From contig JAHDYR010000053.1 of NCBI GenBank assembly GCA_019828565.1, forward strand, positions 34,114 through 98,113: DNA of 64,000 bases, given 5' to 3'. Source of the stretch: Carpediemonas membranifera BICM (lineage: Eukaryota > Protista > Fornicata). Under the pieces are notes generated by a model. That model made no database searches. It saw only the letters and a program-made list of their open reading frames with translations, and was not told the origin of the DNA. Every line of letters starts with the position of its first letter. Position 1 is the stretch's first letter. The translations under genes and the position numbers were made by a program. This document shows, one piece after another, positions 23,520-33,373 of the stretch.

Positions 23520-23878
23520 GCCCCATTCAGGATGCTCCCCCTAAATGTTCCGTTGCAAGCGTCTGACGGGCGTTCTCTGGATACCGACCAAGATGGAGGT
23601 CACGTGGATGAACGGACGATAATTACGGTATTCTGGCCATGCCTGGTACTCTCAAATCATCTGTACTGCTCTATGCTCCATTTATAGTTCATATCGTTTC
23701 GTCCTGATGGACTTTTGGTACTTGATGTTGTTTAGAGATAATTGTTGCTTTAATGATGCTCTGCGCCCGCATACTGATGTTTCTTAGTGATATGTGCATG
23801 CCTGTATCGTTAAAGCCGCCAGTATTCTTCCTATTCTTCAGTTCGTCATTTCGGTCTCGTTGCGAGCATAAAGTGCGC
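23520..23878. other. Conserved, probably non-coding block shared with element 2 (about 50455-50812)
   Basis: Core 23573-23638 matches 50510-50575 with 2 mismatches; further colinear motifs follow. Confidence 0.8.
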
Positions 23879-24002
23879 GAATGCGCGGGTCAGTTCACCC
23901 GTTTTCAGCGAAGCTGATGCGACAACACAGAGGCAAGCGAATCCTTTCACCTCAGGCGTTGCCAAGAGGCCGTTGTCTGCCAGGATCTATAAGCAGTGAT
24001 GA

Positions 24003-24332
24003 GATATACGGATTTCAGACTTTCTGCCTGCACGACCTCAAATGTTGACTCCCCTCGGCACCGAAAAGGCACCTATATCCATGAATACCCTCTACAGTGA
24101 TGTATCCACCCGATAAATGGATTTCAAATTTGTCGGGTCTCATGATAAATGGATTTCAGACTTTCGTACTGTTGGCCATCTGAGAATTTATGAACGACCT
24201 CTAGAATATTTTGAAATGCAAGAACGTGCCTATGGCACTCTTTTGTACCCCTGAACACGGTTTGACCACTGTTTTGGGCATTTGGAGAGATTCGAATTTT
24301 TGTGCATGACGAAAGTCTGAAATCCGTATATC
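24003..24332. promoter_or_regulatory. 22-bp perfect inverted repeat (24003-24024 and 24311-24332) ending just before an ATG
   Basis: GATATACGGATTTCAGACTTTC and its reverse complement; partial third copy near 24150. Confidence 0.7.
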
Positions 24333-24333
24333 G

Positions 24334-25721
24334 ATGGAAGGAAGCCCGCAGGAGATGGAAACAAGCATTCAAGACGTGAAGAATGCTTGGTTGTGCACCA
24401 TCAGCAAGAAATCTTCCCGGAAAGCGGCCGCAAACAACCTTTCGCGGTTCGTTCAATTCGTACAACGTGAGCGAGGGAGTACCGAGGACGAAGCGCTCTC
24501 CGTGATCCGATCCGAGGAGGTTAGATCGCTTGTGCCCGGTTTTGCTGCATCATTGAACAAGGCAACCGCTGCTGTCACTCTCAGTGCCGTCAACTCATTC
24601 CGAAACTCCGGCAGAGACAATGTCAAGCCGCTTGGGCAGTTTGAGCCTGTCGCATCGGAAGCTATTGTCCGACTAGTCTTCCCCTACAATGCGCTGGCTC
24701 TTATCATCAGCCACACGGGCATGACTGCCACATCAGCCCGCGATATTGATGTGAGCGAGCTCCAGATTCCCCCGGAACTCTCTGACTGGTTGCTATTCAC
24801 CGGGGCACCATCTGCGATGTCCGCTGTGATGCCTAGCACCTTCTCGCAGGCTCTCAAGTCGGTCGGGCTGAGTGTTAACCAGCTTCGCTATGCGCCCACT
24901 GTGCATGTCGATCTCAATCAGCTCAAGAAGCGGGTGATTGAGACACAAAGACGGACTGGCAGGCCCAGGGATCCGATCAAGGTTCGTAAGGTCATTAAGG
25001 ACAAGCGCATCAGCCTGACCGATGAGCAGTTCAGGCATCAGTTGGCGTCCAGTCACTTAACGACCACGCGGCGCCCAACGATCCTCGATCTCAACCCGGA
25101 GATCCGAAGCTCTGCTGACCTGGTGCCGCCGACGCTCGATGACTGGCTTTACAACAAGCTCAGGATTAGGATGGTCCAGCTCCACGACCAGCGTAAGCCC
25201 GAGGGGGTCGACACGGGGAGGGTGAGTCTGACGATGAGGCGCTGTTTGACGAGACAGCTGGCGAGGCAGAGATGCCGGAGACCGCAGTGGAGGGCGAGTT
25301 TGACGATGAGGCCGGGTTGGAGATGCTGGAAGGAGAGTGGGAGGATGAGGAGAGTTCAGACAGCGATGCCGAGGATAGCCTCGTCGACAACCTGTCATTT
25401 CTTCAGTCACAACAGGTTGAGTGTGATATGTCTGAGAGAGATACCGATGAGGGTGTCCGTAGCGGGGCCAATGGAAGTGGGCTCGCTCCGCTCTATGACG
25501 CTATGAAGACCAGGGAGCCCAGCAGACGCATTCGCCTTCGCCGCTATCACGAGAGCGAGTCAGACTTGGGCAGCAGCAGCGACAGCGAGGACGGGATGCC
25601 GAAGCTGCCCGTTGAGGCCTTTGAGCACATCCGTGATGCCGGGATGACAACTGTGAGGCTGACGAGGGCCGAGTATGACGACGTGATGGAGAAGAGAGAG
25701 CAGGAAAAGCACCAGAAGTAA
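24334..25721 (+). CDS. Degenerate tyrosine-recombinase-like protein with acidic tail (frameshift in the G run near 25215)
   Basis: NLSRFVQF, TLSAVNSF, LALIISHTGMT and GLSVNQLRY; homologous to 62639-63667. Confidence 0.55.
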
Positions 25722-27156
25722 ATGGCGAGTGATTATCAACTGGATGCAGAGGCTGAGCGGCGTAACTAGCCTGCCAGGGTCCGTGTACACAGTATGTGTC
25801 TTGGCCAAGCTTGACTTCGTCGGTTGGCCGAAAAAGCATAAACTGCACGGGTCCAGGTCGGCAACCGTTGCCGACCTGGAAGCCGCTCCTTGGGCGTTGA
25901 AGAACAGAAGAGAAAGCGATCAGCGATGCTTTTATGCAGTATTAAGCAGGTTGTGCGCGTCAAATGTCCGGTAATGCATTCGTCACCATCTAATCAACAT
26001 CAACTCTTTTTCTCGGCAATGCAGATGAGAATGCCCGTCACTAAAGGATGATTTGGTACTGAATAAACATTATAATGAGACTGGAATGCTTGTGGACACG
26101 AAAACAGCAATGACAACATCGGGAGCAAGACAAGAAGATGATTCAGATTTATGAGGGAGAGGACGCCAGGGATGACGGCGCCAGGGATGAGGCGCCAGGA
26201 TGAGGGCGCCAGGATTACCTTAAGCTCTGCCGACCTGGTGGCTTTACAAAAAGCTCAGGATGAGGATGGTCCAGCTCCACGACCAGCGTAATCCCGATGG
26301 GGTCGACACAGGGGAGGGTGAGTCTGACGATGAGGCGCTGTTTGACGAGACAGCTGGCGAGGCAGAGATGCCGGAGACCGCAGTGGAGGGCGAGTTTGAC
26401 GATGAGGCCGGGTTGGAGATGCTGGAAGGAGAGTGGGAGGATGAGGAGAGTTCAGACAGCGATGCCGAGGATAGCCTCGTCGACAACCTGTCATTTGTTC
26501 AGTCACAACAGGTTGAGTGTGATATGTCTGAGAGAGATACCGATGAGGGTGTCCGTAGCGGGGCCAATGGAAGTGGGCTCGCTCCGCTCTATGACGCTAT
26601 GAAGACCAGGGAGCCCAGCAGACGCATTCGCCTTCGCCGCTATCACGAGAGCGAGTCAGACTTGGGCAGCAGCAGCGACAGCGAGGACGGGATGCCGAAG
26701 CTGCCCGTTGAGGCCTTTGAGCACATCCGTGATGCCGGGATGACAACTGTGAGGCTGACGAGGGCCGAGTATGACGACGTGATGGAGAAGAGAGAGCAGG
26801 AAAAGCACCAGAAGTAAATGGCGAGTGATTATCAACTGGATGCAGAGGCTGAGCGGCGTAACTAGCCTGCCAGGGTCCGTGTACACAGTATGTGTCTTGG
26901 CTAAGCTTGACTTCGTCGGTTGGCCGAAAAAGCATAAACTGCACGGGTCCAGGTCGGCAACCGTTGCCGACCTGGAAGCCGCTCCTTGGGCGTTGAAGAA
27001 CAGAAGAGAAAGCGATCAGCGATGCTTTTATGCAGTATTAAGCAGGTTGTGCGCGTCAAATGTCCGGTAATGCATTCGTCACCATCTAATCAACATCAAC
27101 TCTTTTTCTCGGCAATGCAGAGGAGAATGCCCGTCACTAAAGGATGATTTGGTACT
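25150..27156. repeat. Two tandem units of about 1096 bp, inverted relative to 12968-14280 and 19480-20802
   Basis: ORF offset 25729 to 26825 is 1096; mirror ORFs are visible in the track. Confidence 0.9.
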
Positions 27157-27441
27157 AACAGGCTTTAATAAGCATGTCAAGCCTGTGATCACGATAACAG
27201 CCTTCAATAACTACATCAAGGCAATACATCAAGAAGATTGTTTAAAGAGACGGCGGGGAGCAAGATGCAGGGAGAGCGGCAGGGAAACGAAGGCATGGGG
27301 ACAGGAGCCCGAGAAGAGCGCCTGGAGAACGGTGAGGAAGAACGGCGGGGAAGAGCAGCCGGGCGCATGGTACACACATCTGTCATCATGTGGCATCAAC
27401 ATTGCCACAGTGGTCAACTCAATAACAAGCAATGTCTTCAT

Positions 27442-28725
27442 TTACTCACTGTTCTGGATCACCAATTCGTACGACGAGTAACAGTCGGGACAGAGCCGAA
27501 TCTTGGGAATCGACTTGCCACAGATGACAATCTTCAGCAGCTCCATCTGTACGCAGTTGGCAGAGTTACAGAACCAGTGCCCGCACTGCCTACAGTGCAC
27601 GGCTGAGTCGTTGCGTCGGCATGCGTAACACTTCTTCTCATTGAGGCAATAGCTACACGTGTATTTCCAGCGACCCTTAGTGGACTCGGCCCAGTTCTTG
27701 TTCTTTCCAGTCTTAGGCCGGGGAGGGACACAGCGTGAGTTGTCGTGGAAGTTCACTTTGCATTCCTGGCAAGTCACAAACTTTGACGTCACGCGATTGT
27801 CGATCCAGTCCAGACTGTGGCAATGGCCGCAACAGAAACAAAGCAGCCTATTCTGAATGTCGAGAATCGAGAAAGAATCATCACCGACCTCAGACACATC
27901 GTCATCGTTGTCCCCTTGGCTGGCCAGACGTGCCTCCACGGTGGCGAGCCTCTGATCGACACTCATCGCGACACGGTGAACATCGTGCAGCACAATCGAC
28001 TCGCGAGGCGCTTGAGGGGAAGCTGGAGAGGGAACCGAAGTGGGACCGGACGATGAGTGCAGGAAAGGCTCACTTTTCACGCAAAGCTCTTGCTTCACGT
28101 GTGTAAGGGCGGGGGTGGCAGGGTTGGGGATTTCAACTGTTCTGCACTTGCCCACAAATCTCTCCGGGTCATTGATATCGGGCACACAGAGATTAAAGTC
28201 TCGGGAGTCGAGATTATCTGGCACAGGAATATTGAGTCTCGACAGGACGGATCTGATCGCGCTGGTTAGCTCCGAACGGACTGGGCGAGGGAGCTCTTGC
28301 AGAGAGCATGGACAACCTTGGGTTTCCCGTCAGATATGGCCACAGTAACCCCCATCGTCTCAGCCCAATCTCGGACGTTCTTCGCAACAACCCTTCCCAT
28401 CGAGACGCCAGGTTTCAACTTCAGCTCATCGAGGAAGTCCGGTGTTTCGGAGCACGGCTGAAGAAACGACACGATGATGTGGTTGAACGCATTTCCGAGC
28501 TTTTTTGATGGACAGGCCAGTTGGGTCTGAGTCAAAGACGTCAAACGCAAACGTGAAGAAGGCCTTAAGCATGCCCATCATGAGAATTGACCGGCAAGTA
28601 CTCAAAGCGGTTGTGTTCCACTTCGTCATCGGTCTCGATCTCTTAGAAACAGCCTTAACTGCATGATCGTCCGCCATGTTCTCATTTACGGCCGCGCGCT
28701 TCGTTTCTAGCTCCGTTTCTGTCAT
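27442..28725 (-). CDS. PHD-like zinc-finger protein, split over three frames
   Basis: CFCC..CQECKVNFH..C..CSYC followed by CYAC..CRQCGHWFC..CPDC. N-terminus is homologous to the 45252 ORF. Confidence 0.7.
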
Positions 28726-28822
28726 TCCAGAGTAGATTTTCTACTAAAAATTGGCATTGTTACAACCAATCATTAACATTAATAGAGAAGGAGAATAAAG
28801 ACTCACCAGCCCGCGGCCAATC

Positions 28823-31432
28823 GTGACTCAGGTTCGCATCAGACGTCGACAGAGACGAGTTAAACATGAGGCTGGGCAATTGTCTTCTGAGCTAATCCTT
28901 AACCTTTCAAAGAGGATGCTAATACCGAAGTGGACGCTATTACACGGCACTATTTATGCTCCTCAAGAGGATACTGGCATCAACACCATTCTATGCAGCG
29001 TGTACCTTTCCATTGACTCAGATAACGTCAGCACACATCGGTTTCGTGTTTCCAAAGCTCCCCAACGCCGTGAGTTCGTCCAGGTTGTTCAAGAGTTGCT
29101 CAGTGCAGGATATATATGTCGCCAGGATGTTTCAAAGCAGCTGTACCCCTCTCCGACTGCCACATCTATCGCTGCGGAGAAGAGGAATCACACGACTTAC
29201 CCAAGAGCCTACGTGAAGCATACATCCGCAGTTGACACTCTCGCAGCCGAGAATGAGTGTCTACGGAAGCGTCTGGCCGACACGGAGCGCCTGATTCAAC
29301 TAACGAACCAGCTCAAGTCCATCACAAACGGATACAATGCCGTTAACGACGAGATCCGCATAATGAACTCTCTTGCAGGTAGGCTTAACCTTGATATTGT
29401 GCGGATATCTCCTGTTACCTCGAAGATCAAGTCTCTCGCGTGTAATATCCAGAATATGGAGGAGATAGAATCACTTCTCCAATCTGACACCGCTTGGAGG
29501 AGATTTATCCGCAGTCACGTTCCCGCCAACATTCAGCACAGGGTAACGGCGAGAAGGTCTGATCAGGCCAATCAGGAATATGAGCTCGACCTCATCACCC
29601 ATGTCGAAGCTCCTCTTGATGTTGTACGATCATCTATTCAGGGCGACTCGGCCCATGCAGAGCACGTTGCAGGAAAAATCGTCGTCTTCTATGACTCAGA
29701 GCAGGACCGTGAGACTCACTATAGCATCATGAAAGAGCAAGGCCTCACCCCTCGGATGCAGACGAGTACAAGATATACCCATGTATATCATGCATCATTT
29801 GATATCATGGAGTATTATCGCCAAGCGGTTGCATTCCCCGTATCGCTGGAGACGTCACGATCCGGGCGCAAGAGTGCAGCTCGGACATTAAGACGACAGA
29901 GTCATTCCGCTGAGACGGGGACGATCCCACTCGTGTTAGAGGTGTGGGTCGATGCGTGGAGAGGTCTGACAACCGCTGTTAAGATTCGTTTCCTCGACGA
30001 CTCCCACAAAGTCTTTCCGTCTGGTGCGACTCCTCCTTTCCGGATTCTTGAATACAACGGCCCAGAAAGTCTCATCACTGAGCACTTTGCCTTCATTGAA
30101 CAATCCATCGAGAGCACACACCGCGAGGTGCTGGAAGTCAGGAACACGGGTCTCCTCTGCCGAGTAACGCGTGTCTTTATTATCGCAGACCATCCAGCCA
30201 TGTCCAAGGTTTGCGGGGCACTCATTGGAGGCCCCTCGCCATTCAGTTCCGTTCATTCGAAGAACAAGGGCTGGAGTCCCTTTGGTCGCACCCCGCGCTG
30301 CTCCTTGGCAGATATCCTGCTGGCGAAGCATAAGTCACAGTTCGACACTGTTATGGACAGAGAGGCCAAATGGGGATCCTTCTATAACCATCAGAAGAAG
30401 TGCATCGCTCCCACTTTGTTTGAGACGTCGACTGCATCGCTGCCCAGAGACTGCGTCTTCTTATTCCCTCCGATCATGCATGTCAGTCATGACTTTGTGT
30501 CGTTGATTCATGCCATGTGCCGCATGTTCAAGCCAGAGCCAATTGACCCAGACAGCGACCCTCGTCAAATTAAGGAGGTGAAGGCAAGGAACGCGATGCT
30601 AGCGAATCTGGCGTCGTTTGAGCCACCCAGCCGTACGACGGGCTGCAACGAGCAAGTCAAGGGGAGAAAGATGATAGCATCGATTGGACTTAAGCTGCAT
30701 CGTGCGTTCCCGCCACCCGTGCAGTCATTATTCATACTCGCTGCATACCTCCAGGAGCACTACTATTCCCACGAGGATGTAACTGAGAACATGGTCGTGT
30801 GGCATCGCTTGACAGCACTTCTCGTGCACCTCTTCTCTGTGACCATGTGTCTTAGCACATCTAACACGGTTGCCCCAGACATTCCGATCCGTCAACCATC
30901 TGCGACTCCCGATACGGCGCCGTGTGTTGATACACTTCACGGATTGGCGCGTATTGCCGCGCTGCCGGAGATACAAGCGAAGACTCGGGCCTCCTTTGGT
31001 CGAGTCATCGAAGAGTGCTTTGAACGTGATTTCATTGGGAATCAGGAGAGTCGAGTGCGATTGCGTCAGAACCAGACGGTTCTTGAGAGCACTATTCTGA
31101 AGGAGCAGGTTGAGTTGCTGTTCAGATGCCTTCGTGGAGTGATTTCCTACGGAAGACGCGAAACAGATGTCCCACCCCAGTCACCCCTGAAACTTATGCG
31201 CATTCATAAGTGTTGTAAGGATGCCAATTGGTGGCTTCGTATCCGGAGTGTGCATTCTAAGACGCTGACAGCGACTGAGTGCCAAAAGCTGCACATGGTG
31301 TTTACGAAGGAAGTCAACGGCCTATGGCGCACTGTCTTGTCGAAAGCAGACTGTAGCTTTGACTCAGACTGGCTGGATGTTCCCATTCACGAGCAGGGAC
31401 ACACTCTTGATGTTTGCATATGCAAGAGATAG
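28823..31432 (+). CDS. DDE transposase, EnSpm/CMC-like (ORF 869 aa, start uncertain)
   Basis: VWVDAW (D1), IIADHPA (D2, DxPA), PPIMH and EECFER (E). It is the longest ORF in the TIR element, and the motifs are conserved in element 2. Confidence 0.75.
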   Translation: MTQVRIRRRQRRVKHEAGQLSSELILNLSKRMLIPKWTLLHGTIYAPQEDTGINTILCSVYLSIDSDNVSTHRFRVSKAPQRREFVQVVQELLSAGYICRQDVSKQLYPSPTATSIAAEKRNHTTYPRAYVKHTSAVDTLAAENECLRKRLADTERLIQLTNQLKSITNGYNAVNDEIRIMNSLAGRLNLDIVRISPVTSKIKSLACNIQNMEEIESLLQSDTAWRRFIRSHVPANIQHRVTARRSDQANQEYELDLITHVEAPLDVVRSSIQGDSAHAEHVAGKIVVFYDSEQDRETHYSIMKEQGLTPRMQTSTRYTHVYHASFDIMEYYRQAVAFPVSLETSRSGRKSAARTLRRQSHSAETGTIPLVLEVWVDAWRGLTTAVKIRFLDDSHKVFPSGATPPFRILEYNGPESLITEHFAFIEQSIESTHREVLEVRNTGLLCRVTRVFIIADHPAMSKVCGALIGGPSPFSSVHSKNKGWSPFGRTPRCSLADILLAKHKSQFDTVMDREAKWGSFYNHQKKCIAPTLFETSTASLPRDCVFLFPPIMHVSHDFVSLIHAMCRMFKPEPIDPDSDPRQIKEVKARNAMLANLASFEPPSRTTGCNEQVKGRKMIASIGLKLHRAFPPPVQSLFILAAYLQEHYYSHEDVTENMVVWHRLTALLVHLFSVTMCLSTSNTVAPDIPIRQPSATPDTAPCVDTLHGLARIAALPEIQAKTRASFGRVIEECFERDFIGNQESRVRLRQNQTVLESTILKEQVELLFRCLRGVISYGRRETDVPPQSPLKLMRIHKCCKDANWWLRIRSVHSKTLTATECQKLHMVFTKEVNGLWRTVLSKADCSFDSDWLDVPIHEQGHTLDVCICKR

Positions 31433-32504
31433 TAAAGATCGGATTTAGTCTCGCGGTCAATCTCACGTGGCCCAGAGCAGCGTGCTCCTGGAATCAACAG
31501 GGCATAAAACACCCTGCGTATTCCGGTAGCACACCGTTCTGACTCACGTCCGTCTCTGGTTGTCGTACAGGTCTATTTACGTGTTTGGCGATGGCGCTCC
31601 TGACATAAGCTTAATGGCGTGTCGTGGCTGTCAGTATGCTGCAAATGTCGCAGCGAGAAAGGAGTCACCAATCGCGTTCAGCTTACTTGTTTCTCGCCTG
31701 ATACTGCTCGTAATATCGTTCAAGCGTGAATCTATGAAGTAATGGGACTGAATGGCCTCTATTGCGTCAATTTCCTGCGTAATCGTTGTTGAATGGTCTA
31801 GAATAGATGTTGCAGCTACTTCCAGCTCATGTTGCATGCTAAATGCTGTGTTTTGGACAATTGGTCGTGTTCAGGCAGAATTTTTTCGTGCAAAGTGCAG
31901 GCTAATACCCGTCCTTAAACTGTGGGATCAGCCGCTGGGTAAATATACTGAGAAAAAACCATATAGCTGAGTTCACTGTCTTGTGCTGAATACGGTGGCG
32001 CCATTTATTTCTCTGAATCGTCAAGTTTTGTCAGCGTTGACCGCGCAAGACCGGTCGTCCTTACGCGATGTCACCAACACCATCATATTCTTCCCCCTGA
32101 CATTCTACGTGTCCCCCAGTCTGGATTCGTGGTCTGCAATATTCACAGAGATATTCGCCTTCTCTTTCGCGAATTTGACTCTGATCAAGTCGAAAAACGA
32201 AAAAACGACCATATCTCGAAATCTACACGTTGGAATCGGTACCAGAGTGATTTTGCGCATATGTACATCCCGTCAGCAGTCTGCAAAATCACTCTCGTAC
32301 CGATTCCAACGTGTCAATTTTGAGATATTGCTCGTTTCATCCTTTTGCCTTAACCTGCGTCGCAAAGAAGTCGAAATCAGTGGTTAGACCGCACTGGACC
32401 TCTTGCAGGCTCTCTGCATACGCGCTTTAGTATGCAATGAAGGTATTCATTTTCCCGTAAATTGTTTAAATTCAATGAATACTTCATTTTCGGTCCGGAA
32501 GAAA

Positions 32505-32578
32505 TAGATAATCTAGGGTTTTTAGGCCCTAGATTATCTAGAAAAAATCGTAGATTATCTGCCGACTTTCACAGTATG
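32505..32578 (-). repeat. Right TIR of element 1
   Basis: Exact reverse complement of 9006-9079. Confidence 0.97.
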
Positions 32579-33140
32579 CAACCGCCGAAACGTGAGCTGC
32601 CGTGTCTGCCTGGACCTCTTCGTCAACAGGCTGCGATGACAGACCCTCGTCGTCCGTCGCGATCTCTACTACAGAGGGAGGGACATTTGCAGCGGTCTCT
32701 GGACGCATAGCGTTGTCTCGTATCGTGCAGGCGATAATCGCAATGGACTTGGGGGCTGTGTTTGCAGAACGCAACGAAGTTGCCGTTGGCAGCGCCTGTG
32801 TGGTGATGCTGTGGGCCTTAAGGAGGTCCTTGAAGCTGTCAGCAATCGCCTTCAGGGCTTTCACGGTAAAGCGTACGATGTGTTTGTTCTGGACGTCGCG
32901 CATGAGCTCGACAACCGCAGTTTCAGAGCACAATGTGTTGAACACCGTGTCCGTATCACACCACAGTCTGTCAATTAGGCTTATGTCGACGAACTTCGCG
33001 TAGGTGCTATGAACTTCGGTAAGAAGAGCACGAACATCCTCGGCGAAGACGCTTTCGCGCCATACGAGTCTCGTACGTCGTCGAGTCACCATCTGGCCTC
33101 CAGGATCAGCCTGGGGCACAGAAAATGACGACATTTCCAT
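32579..33140 (-). mobile_element. Family B unit, 5' part (continuation of 6344-9005)
   Basis: Matches the 5' part of the intact B copy (about 4958-5519). Confidence 0.95.
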
Positions 33141-33373
33141 TTCGGGAGGGAGCAAACTTTTATGTAATCAACGACAAACTGTCTAGCGAGCGGCGAGGCG
33201 CAGCCGAGCTTCGCGAGCCTGAGCGCAGCGAAGCAGTTTGAGGCTATGGGGTGCGTCGGGGTCCTCCGTCGCTCCATCCAGTGAGTCGCTGGCGAGTCAA
33301 CAAAACCAACAAGAACACTCTGAAGCGCTCTGCACGAGCCGATTGCTACACCAATATCAGAATTGAGTAACAA

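Larger units (their letters stand above)
9006..32578. mobile_element. Giant TIR DNA transposon 1 (23,573 bp), EnSpm/CMC-like, with cargo genes
   Basis: Perfect 74-bp TIRs; CA duplicated at 9004-9005 and 32579-32580; the empty site aaac-ca-accgcc is seen in other B copies; transposase-like ORF at 28823-31432. Confidence 0.95.

Noticed and set aside
12968-27156. CRISPR array or bacterial integron
   Set aside because: The repeats are hundreds of bp long with gene-sized spacers, there is no cas gene or intact integrase, and the context is eukaryotic.
9006-32578. Polinton/Maverick, endogenous virus, Helitron or Starship
   Set aside because: No PolB, capsid, packaging ATPase, Rep/helicase or intact terminal YR was recognised. 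TIRs plus a 2-bp TSD fit a DDE element.
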